Positions 1-9,957 of a stretch of DNA of 64,000 nucleotides are shown in pieces. Within the stretch, counting starts at the first letter, position 1. Every line of letters begins with the position of its first letter. The DNA lies in NCBI GenBank assembly GCA_002772995.1, contig PFCO01000001.1:244-64243 (forward strand), in the 5' to 3' direction. The stretch comes from Candidatus Niyogibacteria bacterium CG10_big_fil_rev_8_21_14_0_10_46_36 (GTDB lineage Bacteria; Patescibacteriota; Minisyncoccia; 1-14-0-10-42-19). The notes beneath the pieces were generated by a model. That model did not search any database, was not told where the DNA came from, and was given only the letters and a program-made list of their open reading frames with translations. Made by a program: the position numbers and the translations under genes.

Positions 1-3
1 GCG

Positions 4-912
4 TTGCTCTCCATAGTGGGAGGTATTTTTTTCTTTTGGGAGTCATACACCCAAGAAAAGTTAAGCGATATATTGAGTGCGTATCCTTTTGTGAGTCCCG
101 CGCGCAATCTCATAGACCAAAAAGATTTTATCACCAACCTTGTTCCGCTTCGCGAGGATATCAAAAAAATAGTGGATAGCTTTGAAAGCGTCGCGACTAC
201 CTCCATATATATAGAAGCGCTTAATTCGGGGGCTTCCATTACACTCCAAAAGGATGTTCGGGTATTCCCGGCAAGCCTCGCAAAGATTCCGCTTGCTATG
301 GCAGTTATAAAAAACATTGAGGAAGGGGGATGGGCATTTGATACGATGCTCCCAGTAGAAGAAAAACATATTGATTCACGTTCCGGGACGCTCTACGAGC
401 GCGTACGAGATGGTGACGGAATAACAGTTAAACAGCTTCTTGAAGAAATGCTTGTACATTCGGATAACACGGCATACGAAACCTTGCTCTCGCATATGAA
501 AGAACGAGATTGGAGTAATATTTCAGATTTAATCGGTCTTGCGGCTTTGTATGATTTCGAAGGAAAAATATTACTAGCCGAATATATCAAAATGTTCCGG
601 TCGCTTTATACCGCGAGTTATTTAACTCGTGAATCATCAGAATATATATTAGAATTGCTGTCTCTTACCGGTTTTAATAATTTTATTGTGCAAGGGCTTC
701 CTTCTTATCAATCGTTTTCCCATAAATGGGGCAAAAACATAGAACGCAACGTTTTTGCTGATGTTGGAATTGTATATTTACCTGACAGGCCTTTTTTGAT
801 AGGCATTCTCGTCCAGAGCTACGAAGACACGCCTGAGGCGGGCGAGAAAACGGCTCAAACCATCATGAAAGCTGTCGCCGAACGCACCTATTCCTATATG
901 CGCGACTACTAG
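4..912 (+). CDS. Serine hydrolase with class A beta-lactamase-like motifs (SxxK 'ASLAK', SDN 'HSDNTA'); 5' end probably outside window (TTG at window edge)
   Basis: Motif order SxxK...SDN in translation; no canonical KTG (HKWG instead); N-terminal hydrophobic stretch suggests membrane anchor continuing upstream. Confidence 0.5.
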   Translation: MLSIVGGIFFFWESYTQEKLSDILSAYPFVSPARNLIDQKDFITNLVPLREDIKKIVDSFESVATTSIYIEALNSGASITLQKDVRVFPASLAKIPLAMAVIKNIEEGGWAFDTMLPVEEKHIDSRSGTLYERVRDGDGITVKQLLEEMLVHSDNTAYETLLSHMKERDWSNISDLIGLAALYDFEGKILLAEYIKMFRSLYTASYLTRESSEYILELLSLTGFNNFIVQGLPSYQSFSHKWGKNIERNVFADVGIVYLPDRPFLIGILVQSYEDTPEAGEKTAQTIMKAVAERTYSYMRDY

Positions 913-1100
913 GACTCCGTCACACCCTCCCATTTTGCCCCCTGTGCAAGACCCGGCCTAGCACACATCCTGAAAACCCCTCAACTCAACGACACCCTGC
1001 GTATATGTGCCAGATCCGGTTTTGCACATTCGTTATTTTCAAACTTCTTCAGTCTCTTAAGGCGCGGGGGAAGATGGAGTGATTTTTCTTTTACCCCAAC

Positions 1101-1136
1101 AAACGGCTCACACCCCCGTGTGAGCCGTTTGTTTTG
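1101..1136 (+). terminator. Rho-independent terminator-like hairpin (13-bp stem aaacggctcacac / gtgtgagccgttt, loop cccc) followed by gttttg
   Basis: Perfect inverted repeat read directly; a near-identical copy in inverted orientation occurs at 45448-45476. Confidence 0.5.
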
Positions 1137-1217
1137 CACCTTTTTCTGCCATTTTTACACAAAAACACGCTGGTTCAAGCGTGTTTTTGGTTTATACTAC
1201 TATTATATATATTATAT

Positions 1218-3839
1218 ATGAAAGCATTCTATAAGCAGACAACAGCAGAAATTCTCATATCTCAAAAAACAGACGCGCATACGGGCATTTCGCGCGATGA
1301 GTTCGTGCGCCGCTTTGAGCAATACGGTCCAAATAAGCTTACCGAAGAGAAAAACTTTCGCTTTTTTAAGATACTCTTTGAACAGCTACGAAGTCCGCTC
1401 ATATTTATCCTTCTCGTTGCGGGCATTATTACCGTATTTCTTGAAGAATATACCGACAGCCTCGTTATCTTTATTGCGGTATTCATAAACACCGCAATTG
1501 GCATCTACCAAGAGGGACGCGCATCCAAAGCATTTGAAAAACTCCGCTCCTCCGTAAAAAAATACGCGATAGTCTTACGGAACGGCAAACAGATGGAAGT
1601 AAGCGTAGAACAGCTCGTACCCGGGGATATCGTTATCCTGGAGGCGGGCGCGCAGGTTCCGGCAGATATCCGCTTGATAGAAGTAAAGGGGCTTGAGGTA
1701 AACGAAGCGGTGCTTACGGGGGAATGGCTCCCGCAGGAAAAAAACACCGAACCAATACTGAAAAAAATGCGCATCACCGAACAAAAAAATATGGTGTGGA
1801 TGGGAACGCTTGTTGAAGACGGCTACGCGAAAGGCGTTGTCGTCGCTACGGGCCAAGATACTGAACTTGGTAAAATTGCAGGCTCTCTTAAGCAAGAAAA
1901 AGAGGAGCCGACCCCTTTCCAAAAAGGAGTGGGGAAGCTCGCGCGCATGATAGGGATTGTTGTTGTTTGTATCGTTATCCTTATCTTTATACTCGGTATT
2001 CTTGAGGGCGACCCACCTTTTGAGATGTTTTTGACGGCGGTTGCAATTGCGGTTGCGGCAATCCCTGAGGGACTACCCGTTGCCGTTACCGTAGTTCTTG
2101 CACTCAGTATGTCGCGGATTCTCGGCAAAGGAGGGCTTGTCAAAAAACTTATCAAAGCTGAAACGCTCGGCTCAACTACCGTTATCCTTACCGATAAAAC
2201 AGGGACGCTTACGCGCGGCGAAATGGAGCTTAAGCATGCGCTTTCAACTTCCGCTATTCTTTCCGGGCGCACGACCGAAGAAAATACGGCAGTGCTTCGC
2301 ATAGGTGTGTATACTTCAGGAGGATTTATTGAAAACGAAGAGAAAGAGCAGGCCCAGTGGATTATCCGTGGGAAGCCCACCGATAAAGCGCTCTTGAGCG
2401 CGGGAATAAAGAACAATCTCATCCCCTCGGCACTTTTTAGAGAAGAGGAGCGCGTTGATTATCTGCCATTTGATTCCGAGCGGCGCCTTGCCGCTTCTCT
2501 GAATGCCCAAAAAGACGGGGGGCATACGCTTTATATTACGGGCGCCCCCGAAGCGCTTATTGAATACGCATCGTTCGCAGAATCAGGAAAACGTCTTTCG
2601 GCAGAGGACAAAAAAACAATACAAGACGCGTATGACACCATCACTAAAGACGGCATGCGCGTGATTGCCGTCGCCATGAAGAAAACAATGGAAAACAAAA
2701 TTTCGCGGAAAAATATGCGGGAACTATGCGCAGACACAATTTTTATGGGTCTTATTGCGTTCCATGACCCGATACGGGAAGATGTTCCCGCAGCCATTAA
2801 AGCCGCACGCGAAGCGGGACTCCGCCCAGTACTCGTTACCGGAGACCATGCAAACACGGCGCATGCGGTTGCTAAAGAAACGGGCCTTGCAACAGACGGC
2901 GTAGTCATCACCGGAGAGATGCTTGAAGGTATGGATGATGTCGCCGTGCAAAAAGCGGTAAACACGCATCAGATATTCGCGCGCATTCTCCCATCTCAAA
3001 AACTGCGCCTAGTGACTGCGCTTCGCAACGAACACGAGGTTGTCGCAATGACAGGAGACGGCGTAAATGATTCGCCGGCGCTTACTCAAGCGGATATTGG
3101 AATTGCGGTCGGTTCCGGGACCGATGTTGCCAAAGAAGCATCAGATCTTATACTACTGCATGACAGTTTCGGCATTATCGTAAAAGCAATAGAAGAGGGG
3201 CGAGTGGCGCTCGCAAATCTCCGGAAAATTATCACATATGTCCTCGCAACTAATTTTTCGGAAGTGATCCTTGTGAGCGGCGCGCTTCTTTTGGGTTTTC
3301 CGCTGCCCGTACTGCCGGTGCAGATATTATGGGCAAACCTCATAGAAGAAGGTTTTATGAACTTTGCGTTTGCCTTTGAAAAGGGGGAAAACGTCCTCAA
3401 AGAAAATGTTCACGCAAAAGAAGCGCGGAGCATCATTACGCAGGAGATGAAAATTATTATTTTTGGCGTAGGCATTATCACAAGCCTTCTTCTCGTAGGC
3501 GTTTTGTACTATCTAACCCAACTCAACTACCCCATAGAAGAGATACGTACCATACTTTTTGCGGGCTTGTCGCTTGATGCCATCTTTTTCACTTTTTCGC
3601 TTAAGAGCTTTAAAAAGCCGATATGGAAGATTAATATATTTTCTAACAAATATCTTTTGGGAGCATTTGCCGTGAGTTTCCTGGGGTTATTGGCGGCCAT
3701 CACACTCCATCCGCTTGAACGCCTCTTGCAGACCGTCACCCCGACTCCTATGGAATTTTTAATGCTTATCGGTCTTGGACTCTTTAATCTTTTCGCGATA
3801 GAAGCGGTAAAATGGTATTATATAAGGAAAACCACCTAG
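1218..3839 (+). CDS. P-type cation-transporting ATPase (Ca2+/Mg2+ type IIA-like)
   Basis: DKTGTLT phosphorylation motif, TGES, TGDGVNDSPAL hinge motif, 8-10 predicted TM helices; ATG at 1218 preferred over upstream alternative start of ORF track. Confidence 0.9.
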   Translation: MKAFYKQTTAEILISQKTDAHTGISRDEFVRRFEQYGPNKLTEEKNFRFFKILFEQLRSPLIFILLVAGIITVFLEEYTDSLVIFIAVFINTAIGIYQEGRASKAFEKLRSSVKKYAIVLRNGKQMEVSVEQLVPGDIVILEAGAQVPADIRLIEVKGLEVNEAVLTGEWLPQEKNTEPILKKMRITEQKNMVWMGTLVEDGYAKGVVVATGQDTELGKIAGSLKQEKEEPTPFQKGVGKLARMIGIVVVCIVILIFILGILEGDPPFEMFLTAVAIAVAAIPEGLPVAVTVVLALSMSRILGKGGLVKKLIKAETLGSTTVILTDKTGTLTRGEMELKHALSTSAILSGRTTEENTAVLRIGVYTSGGFIENEEKEQAQWIIRGKPTDKALLSAGIKNNLIPSALFREEERVDYLPFDSERRLAASLNAQKDGGHTLYITGAPEALIEYASFAESGKRLSAEDKKTIQDAYDTITKDGMRVIAVAMKKTMENKISRKNMRELCADTIFMGLIAFHDPIREDVPAAIKAAREAGLRPVLVTGDHANTAHAVAKETGLATDGVVITGEMLEGMDDVAVQKAVNTHQIFARILPSQKLRLVTALRNEHEVVAMTGDGVNDSPALTQADIGIAVGSGTDVAKEASDLILLHDSFGIIVKAIEEGRVALANLRKIITYVLATNFSEVILVSGALLLGFPLPVLPVQILWANLIEEGFMNFAFAFEKGENVLKENVHAKEARSIITQEMKIIIFGVGIITSLLLVGVLYYLTQLNYPIEEIRTILFAGLSLDAIFFTFSLKSFKKPIWKINIFSNKYLLGAFAVSFLGLLAAITLHPLERLLQTVTPTPMEFLMLIGLGLFNLFAIEAVKWYYIRKTT

Positions 3840-3840
3840 T

Positions 3841-4815
3841 ATGTCGCCTGTTATCCTCATACTCATATTTGCAGTCGCGTTCATCACGCTTGCACGGTCA
3901 AGCACCTTTCTTATAAACGCGATTGCCGCACTCGCCCGCATTCTTCGTATTTCTGAATACGCGATATCCTTTTTACTTATGAGCTTTGCGACCTCGGTGT
4001 CAGAGCTTTTCGTGGGGATATCATCAACGGTAGGCGGGGTGTCAGAGCTTTCGCTTGGAAATATATTTGGCGCGAATCTCTTGAATATCACGCTTGTTGT
4101 TGCTGTTCCCATCTTTTTGTCCGGACGCCTAACCATAGAATCCAAGATACGCAGACGGAATTTTTGGTTTATCTTTTTTCTGTCAATGTTCCCGTTTTTG
4201 CTGGGCTTTGACGGATCGATTTCGCGTGGAGACGGCCTCATCCTTTTGCTTTTGTTCGTATTTTATATTATTTTGATTGCAGGAGAACGCGAATATTTTT
4301 CCAAAGCATACGATGTAAATCAGTTTCACCAGCCATCTATCCTGAAGCGCGCACACCGAACGATATTGCTTCTCATTACCGGCCTTTTGTTCCTTGTAGT
4401 ATCATCCGCTGTCCTTGTTTGGGCAAGCACCGCGCTTTCAGTGACATTTGCCATAGGAACGCTTTCATTTGGTATACTATTCCTTGCACTTGCAACAACT
4501 ATTCCCGAGATGACAGTAGGCATCCGTTCAGCAATTTCGGAACACGGTTCCATGACTGCAGGAAATGCCCTGGGTTCCATCGCTTTTAATAGCGCCTTTA
4601 TTGTGGGACTCATCAGCATTATCCGTCCTATCTCCATCCCGAACCGACTTGAATTTCTTTCGGTGCTTGGCGCATTTATTATTGCCTTTTTCTTGTTCAA
4701 CCTTTTTATCTACCGGAAAAATAATATTGATAAGCGGGAAGCGGTCATCCTTGTGCTTGTCTATCTTATCTTTATCGCATTTGAACTCGTATGTACCTCG
4801 TGCTTGGTATTTTAA
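3841..4815 (+). CDS. CaCA-family cation/Ca2+ exchanger (YrbG-like Na+/Ca2+ antiporter)
   Basis: Two alpha-repeat signatures GNIFGANLLN and GNALGSIAFNSAF in a polytopic membrane protein; starts 2 nt after the ATPase stop. Confidence 0.7.
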   Translation: MSPVILILIFAVAFITLARSSTFLINAIAALARILRISEYAISFLLMSFATSVSELFVGISSTVGGVSELSLGNIFGANLLNITLVVAVPIFLSGRLTIESKIRRRNFWFIFFLSMFPFLLGFDGSISRGDGLILLLLFVFYIILIAGEREYFSKAYDVNQFHQPSILKRAHRTILLLITGLLFLVVSSAVLVWASTALSVTFAIGTLSFGILFLALATTIPEMTVGIRSAISEHGSMTAGNALGSIAFNSAFIVGLISIIRPISIPNRLEFLSVLGAFIIAFFLFNLFIYRKNNIDKREAVILVLVYLIFIAFELVCTSCLVF

Positions 4816-5816
4816 TAGGAGCTATCGCGGGCGGTATTATTATCTTTTTGGTAACGCGCCGCTCTCAATCATTTCTCATGCTTCAGCACCAACTGCAGGC
4901 GATAGACAAGCGGCTGGATGAAAAACTCGGTGAGTCAGGAAAAATGATGCAAGCCCAGTTCGGAGAATCCGCGAAAATCATCCGCGATGTTACCGAACGC
5001 CTAACGAAGTTAGACGAAACAAATAAGCAGGTCATCAATTTTACAGACCAGCTGCGTAAGCTCCAGGATATTCTGCAAAATCCAAAACAGCGGGGAATTC
5101 TTGGCGAATATTACCTTGAAACGGTACTCAAAAATACATTGCCCGTGGGGTCATACAAAATCCAATATGGATTCCGCGACGGCAACATCGTTGATGCCGC
5201 GATATTTATCAAAGACAAAATCATACCCGTAGATTCAAAATTCAGCTTAGAAAACTATAATCGTATCCTGGAAGAACACAACGAAGACAGAAAAAAAGAG
5301 CTGGAAAAACAATTCCGCCAGGACTTAAAAAACCGTATAGACGAAACGGCAAAATATGTGCGCCCCGAAGAAGGGACTATGGATTTTGCATTCATGTTTA
5401 TTCCGTCAGAAGCAATCTACTACGACCTGCTTATCAATAAGGTGGGTGCGGTGCAAGTAAATACCGAGGATCTTATTTCTTACGCTATTAACAAAAAGCG
5501 CGTGCTCATCGTATCGCCGAATACATTCCTTGCTTTCCTCCAAACCGTATTACAGGGTCTCAAAGCGATGGAGATAGAAGAATCAGCGAAGGAGATTATT
5601 AAAGGAGTTCAGCAGCTTTCAAAGCATATCACGGCATACGACGACTATATGTTGCGTCTTGGGAAGAATTTGGATACAACCGTGAACGCCTACAATAAAG
5701 CCTCAAAAGAGTTCAAAAAAATCGACAAAGATGTCGTAAAATTAAGCGGTTCGGGGGGCACTATAGAGCCTATGCTGGTGCGGAGAACGGAGGAGGGTGA
5801 GGAGATTGACTCGTAA
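4791..5816 (+). CDS. rmuC: DNA recombination protein RmuC homolog
   Basis: N-terminal TM helix, coiled coil, then conserved RmuC core (GEYYLETVL, IPVDSKFSLENY, KYVRPEEGTMDFAFMFIPSE). Confidence 0.75.
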   Translation: MYLVLGILIGAIAGGIIIFLVTRRSQSFLMLQHQLQAIDKRLDEKLGESGKMMQAQFGESAKIIRDVTERLTKLDETNKQVINFTDQLRKLQDILQNPKQRGILGEYYLETVLKNTLPVGSYKIQYGFRDGNIVDAAIFIKDKIIPVDSKFSLENYNRILEEHNEDRKKELEKQFRQDLKNRIDETAKYVRPEEGTMDFAFMFIPSEAIYYDLLINKVGAVQVNTEDLISYAINKKRVLIVSPNTFLAFLQTVLQGLKAMEIEESAKEIIKGVQQLSKHITAYDDYMLRLGKNLDTTVNAYNKASKEFKKIDKDVVKLSGSGGTIEPMLVRRTEEGEEIDS

Positions 5817-5843
5817 GAGAAAACCTATTACAATATCAAAACT

Positions 5844-6164
5844 ATGCCATTTGCAGTATTTGCCACCGGCGGAAAGCAGTATATCGCCGAAAAAGGCAAA
5901 AAAATAAAAGTGGAAAAGCTTAACGCCCCCGGCAAAAAGGGCGGTGTTGAGTTTGATAAGGTTCTTTTGGTAGAGGATGGCAAACATGTCACCATCGGGA
6001 CGCCTTTTGTTTCCGGCGCAAAGATAACCGCAGAAATAGCAAGCGAGGGACGCCACAAAAAAATAGATGTTATCCGTTATAAATCAAAGACCCGGTACCA
6101 CAAAAAGAAAGGACACAAACAACAGTACACCGAAGTTCTCATCAAAGATATCAAAGCAAAATAA
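5844..6164 (+). CDS. rplU: 50S ribosomal protein L21
   Basis: MPFAVFATGGKQY... typical bL21 N-terminus and length (106 aa). Confidence 0.9.
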   Translation: MPFAVFATGGKQYIAEKGKKIKVEKLNAPGKKGGVEFDKVLLVEDGKHVTIGTPFVSGAKITAEIASEGRHKKIDVIRYKSKTRYHKKKGHKQQYTEVLIKDIKAK

Positions 6165-6190
6165 TCCCGCTTCTAGCGGGATTATTTTTT
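6164..6190 (+). terminator. Rho-independent terminator after rplU (atcccgc-ttcta-gcgggat + T-run)
   Basis: Hairpin plus T7 tract read directly. Confidence 0.6.
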
Positions 6191-6222
6191 GTCCGGGTGA
6201 TATACTTAGACAGGAGGCGATA

Positions 6223-6432
6223 ATGAAACTCTTTAAAAAAATAAAAAGATTTATCCGGAAGCATATCACGCATCCCGAACCGATATTTTATGATAGTATA
6301 CCGGTATATGTCGCGCCATCCGGCACGCACTATGTCCATCTGATAGACCTTCTCCTCACACCAGAAGAAAAAAAAGACCTTTGCGCGCAAGCTAAGATAG
6401 AGGCCAAAAAAATACTCAAAAAGAATTACTGA
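6223..6432 (+). CDS. Small hypothetical protein (69 aa)
   Basis: ATG preceded by AGGAGG RBS at 6212-6217; followed by hairpin terminator. Confidence 0.4.
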   Translation: MKLFKKIKRFIRKHITHPEPIFYDSIPVYVAPSGTHYVHLIDLLLTPEEKKDLCAQAKIEAKKILKKNY

Positions 6433-6434
6433 AT

Positions 6435-6467
6435 AAATGCCTGCATTAGTGTAGGCATTTTTATTTT
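6435..6467. terminator. Bidirectional hairpin terminator between small ORF (+) and recR (-)
   Basis: aaatgcct...aggcattt inverted repeat with T-run on + and A-run context on -. Confidence 0.45.
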
Positions 6468-7063
6468 CGGTTGAGGTACGCGCTTTTGAATGTTGCAGTG
6501 TCAGAATACTCGAGCTCCGAACCCGTTGAAAGCCCGCGCCCCAGACGCGTAATCTTGAGTTTTTGCTTGGTAAATGGTTCTAAAATTTGTTCAATGTACC
6601 GCGCAGTATGGTCACCTTCGGGAGTCGCGGATGTCGCAAGAACAACTTCCAAAATGCCATTTGCAGCCGCAAGGCGGTTATACAGTTCACGAAGACGGAG
6701 TTTTTCTTGAGATTTCGGGCGCAGGGGAGAAATAGCGCCGCCCAATATATGATAGAGTCCATCGTATACTCCTGCACGCTCAATGTTTGAGAAGTCCATA
6801 TCCTTTTCAACGACCATAATACGCGATTTATCTCTTCCGGAACTTGCACATAAAAGACACAGATTATTTTTGCCCTCATACGCCTGGAAGCAATGCGCAC
6901 ACCGCTTTACGCCCGCAAGCGAAACGATAGCGCGCGCAAGAGTTTCTTGATACTCTTGCTTTTCATCAAGCAAGTGATAGACCAAACGAGACGCCTGTCG
7001 CGGCCCCAGCCCCGGCAGTTTTGAGAGCAACTGTACTAATTGTTCTATTCTTTCGGATGACAT
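6461..7063 (-). CDS. recR: Recombination protein RecR
   Basis: HhH N-terminus (LPGLGPRQASR), C4 zinc finger CAHC...CLLC, Toprim domain; 200 aa. Confidence 0.95.
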   Translation of the reverse strand: MSSERIEQLVQLLSKLPGLGPRQASRLVYHLLDEKQEYQETLARAIVSLAGVKRCAHCFQAYEGKNNLCLLCASSGRDKSRIMVVEKDMDFSNIERAGVYDGLYHILGGAISPLRPKSQEKLRLRELYNRLAAANGILEVVLATSATPEGDHTARYIEQILEPFTKQKLKITRLGRGLSTGSELEYSDTATFKSAYLNRK

Positions 7064-7068
7064 GATGT

Positions 7069-7290
7069 TTAATGGGATTGATCTTCGTCCTCAAGCTCCT
7101 TGAGTTTTTGTTTGAGATTGCGCAGCCGTTCTCCAACGATACTGGGATGTTCTTCTGAAGCATCCTCCTTGTTCCCGCGCGAGAGCGCTTCTATTTCATT
7201 TTTTATTTTTTCTATCATGCTTCCCCGGGACGGCTGCTGACCTTCCGGAAAATTTTGCAAATGGGAAAAACCTACATTTTCTAACGACAT
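7069..7290 (-). CDS. Small hypothetical coiled-coil protein between dnaB and recR (position where YbaB/EbfC often sits, but YbaB motifs not evident)
   Basis: 73-aa ORF, charged/coiled-coil C-terminus; no recognisable family motif. Confidence 0.3.
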   Translation of the reverse strand: MSLENVGFSHLQNFPEGQQPSRGSMIEKIKNEIEALSRGNKEDASEEHPSIVGERLRNLKQKLKELEDEDQSH

Positions 7291-7294
7291 ACTA

Positions 7295-8689
7295 TTACCA
7301 CTGAATTTGATCGTCTAAATGTTTTCTATCAAGCGATGAAAAGCTCGCGTACTCCTTGTTGAAGAAAAGCGTTGCCTTGCCGGTAGGGCCGTTTCGGTGT
7401 TTTTCTATTAAAATATCCGCCTGGTTCGGCCGGTCGCTTGATGACTTGTACTTGTCTTCACGATAAATAAACATAACGACATCAGCGTCCTGTTCAATAC
7501 TGCCTGAATCGCGAAGGTCTGAAAGGCGGGGGATTGGAGGATGGCGCTGTTCCACACTTCGGGAAAGCTGCGAAAGTGCCAACACCGGAACATTCAACTC
7601 TTTCGCAAGTGTCTTGAGAGAGCGCGAAATTTCGGTTATCTGCATAACCATGCTGTCCGAAGATGTCCGCGGCTGCATAAGCTGGAGATAGTCTACAATA
7701 ATAAGTCCCAAGCCATGTTCTGCCTGCAAGCGCCGCGCTTTTGTGCGTATCTGCAAGATATTTGATGTTGCTTCGTCATCGATAAAGATGGGGGCTTGTG
7801 AAAGCTTCGAAAGCGCATCGCGAAGGCGCGGGAATTCATCTTCTGCAAGCCGGCCGTTCCGCAATTTCCACAGATCTATGTGGGCTTCTGCTGCAAGCAA
7901 GCGGTCTACAAGCTGCTCCGTGGACATTTCGAGAGAAAAGATGCCTACGGGCAGTTCTTTTTGTACCGCAACATTCCGAGCAATATCCAATGCGAATGAT
8001 GTCTTACCTAAAGATGGACGGCACGCAACAATTATGAGATCAGAGTTCTGAAATCCCGAAAGCACTTTATCCAAATCATGAAAGCCCGTAGAGACGCCCC
8101 GCACTTCGTCTTTCTTCTTGTGGAGGCGGTCAATGCGGTCGAACGCTTCTGAAAGAGCCCCGCGCACGGGAAGGAATGTTTTGCGGAGCGACGCTTGTGA
8201 GATAGAAAGTATTTTGTGCTCTGCCTGGTCAAGCGATTCTTCGACATCAAGATCTTCCTGGTACCCCAAATGATTGATGTACTGGGATGCGTCTATCAAA
8301 TCACGAAGTACCCGTTTTTTATTTACGATGTCGGCATAATGCGCAATGCCGGCGGTAGAGGGAACCATATTCACCAAATGCGCGATATAGCTCATCCCTC
8401 CTATCTGATCTAATTTGCTCTTTTCTTTTAAGCGCGATGAAACCGAAACAACATCAATCGGCTCATGCCGTTCAAATAATTCTATGATGGATTCGTAAAT
8501 GACGCGGTGATTCTCATAATAAAAATCGTCATGGGACAAAATATCCATGACTTTCATTGGCGCATGCTTGTCGAGCATGAGAGAGCCGAGAACCGACATT
8601 TCCGCATCCTTGTTGTGTGGCGGTATGCGGAAAGAAATATTTTCAGAAGTGACCGGGGAGCCTTTGAATTGTGCGCGTTCCTCTGCCAT
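7295..8689 (-). CDS. dnaB: Replicative DNA helicase DnaB
   Basis: N-terminal DnaB domain (SVLGSLMLD), Walker A CRPSLGKTSFAL, RecA-like fold motifs. Confidence 0.95.
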   Translation of the reverse strand: MAEERAQFKGSPVTSENISFRIPPHNKDAEMSVLGSLMLDKHAPMKVMDILSHDDFYYENHRVIYESIIELFERHEPIDVVSVSSRLKEKSKLDQIGGMSYIAHLVNMVPSTAGIAHYADIVNKKRVLRDLIDASQYINHLGYQEDLDVEESLDQAEHKILSISQASLRKTFLPVRGALSEAFDRIDRLHKKKDEVRGVSTGFHDLDKVLSGFQNSDLIIVACRPSLGKTSFALDIARNVAVQKELPVGIFSLEMSTEQLVDRLLAAEAHIDLWKLRNGRLAEDEFPRLRDALSKLSQAPIFIDDEATSNILQIRTKARRLQAEHGLGLIIVDYLQLMQPRTSSDSMVMQITEISRSLKTLAKELNVPVLALSQLSRSVEQRHPPIPRLSDLRDSGSIEQDADVVMFIYREDKYKSSSDRPNQADILIEKHRNGPTGKATLFFNKEYASFSSLDRKHLDDQIQW

Positions 8690-8800
8690 ATTGTTCCATT
8701 GTACAGCGAAAATATTTCCCCTTCAATGGCAAAAACAACAAAAAACACCCCTCCAACCTTATAAAAAAGTGGAAAGGGCGTGGATAACCGTACATATACC

Positions 8801-8833
8801 CAAAAACAAACGCCCGGTGGTCATCGGGCGTTT
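8801..8833 (-). terminator. Hairpin terminator downstream of PEGA-domain gene (minus strand)
   Basis: cgcccg-gtggtcat-cgggcg stem with flanking A/T runs. Confidence 0.45.
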
Positions 8834-8839
8834 GTGAGG

Positions 8840-9865
8840 TTAGAATTTTGTCTCCAGAAGCGAGTTTCCGTCGATAATATAGAGGGTGCTTCCGATAATC
8901 GTGAATCGCGGCTCGCGACCCTTATATACCGGCTGAAAATTCCGCGTAGAACGATTATCAAGCTCTATCGCAAAAATGCTATTTTGTACCGCGAACAATA
9001 CAATATCGCGGCGTGACGGATAAAACTGGAACGAGTGAATAATATTCGGGGAACGAAATACATTTATCTCTTTGTCCGTAAAGTAATAGGGGAGCGGAAG
9101 CTCTCCAATCCATTCAGCACGGATCTCCGTATTGTCCTCTGAAAGCCAGATGCGGCTTTGATCGCGCGTGTCTGTCATGAGTTTATGCGGAAGCGACGGG
9201 AGTGTATCATCTATTGAAAAAGATGATGTGAGGTTCGCGGTAAGCGTCCCTGACGATTCGTTAAACTGTATGCGAAGCGTTTTTGCGGGGAACACAAGAT
9301 AAAAATCATCACCATCTGCATAAAACGTCTTAAGCGGAGAAACTGACGAAAGATTAGGGCCCCCGCGTACAACTGTCATGAGCCGGCGCTCTTTCGGAAG
9401 AAAGAATTCATAAGTGACTCCTCCTGAAGTTTTCCGCTCAAGCATAATGATTTCTTTTTCCGGGACTGTATACACATTAGAATATTTCCCTTCAAGGATA
9501 GCGGTTCCCGTAATGTCTTGCGAAACCAAAAATGCACGCGCCTCGGTAACAAAACTTTCTTTAATGTCGAGCGTTTTTGTCCATGGCCAATACCCCTCTT
9601 TTGCGACAATAATAGACACCTCCTCCGGAGTAAGACCTTGCACAAACAATCCTTGCTGCAAAATATTCGTCCGCTTTTGAAGTTCGCCATCCAGATAAAT
9701 TTCCGCGCCTGTCGTCCCTGCACTAATAAATATTCCGCCGACGCGCTTAAAAGACAAATCCGATGTTATCCGCCACCCGCTTGCATAAAAAAGCACTGGC
9801 GGCGCTATCAGAAAAAAGAGGATAATTGCCGCCCAAAATATTCGATTTCGTGTTCTTTTCTTCAT
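8840..9865 (-). CDS. Membrane-anchored PEGA-domain protein, hypothetical
   Basis: N-terminal TM helix, PEGA-like segment (GAEIYLDG...GLTPEEVSIIVAKEGYWPW), beta-rich remainder; ATG at 9865 preferred (ORF-track start is GTG). Confidence 0.45.
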   Translation of the reverse strand: MKKRTRNRIFWAAIILFFLIAPPVLFYASGWRITSDLSFKRVGGIFISAGTTGAEIYLDGELQKRTNILQQGLFVQGLTPEEVSIIVAKEGYWPWTKTLDIKESFVTEARAFLVSQDITGTAILEGKYSNVYTVPEKEIIMLERKTSGGVTYEFFLPKERRLMTVVRGGPNLSSVSPLKTFYADGDDFYLVFPAKTLRIQFNESSGTLTANLTSSFSIDDTLPSLPHKLMTDTRDQSRIWLSEDNTEIRAEWIGELPLPYYFTDKEINVFRSPNIIHSFQFYPSRRDIVLFAVQNSIFAIELDNRSTRNFQPVYKGREPRFTIIGSTLYIIDGNSLLETKF

Positions 9866-9957
9866 ATATATATGAATAGAATTATACACGTATCCGATAG
9901 GTGAGACAAGCCGCTTTTTGTTTGAATAGAGCCTCTGTTTCAGGATATGATACCTAT

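Noticed and set aside
1823-2422. Long antisense or alternative-frame ORFs inside confident genes (1823-2422 in the ATPase, 16303-16959 in mreB, 22307-23254 in gltX, 33376-33846 in cysS, 36160-36798 in fmt, 18536-19330 in the amidohydrolase, 9972-10604 in murA)
   Set aside because: They are fully embedded in genes with strong family motifs on the opposite strand or frame, and have low-complexity, Ser/Arg/Pro-rich translations typical of shadow ORFs.
7069-7290. Calling the 73-aa gene between dnaB and recR as YbaB/EbfC
   Set aside because: It is in the position YbaB often occupies, but lacks the conserved central YbaB segment and is about 25 aa too short. Left as hypothetical.
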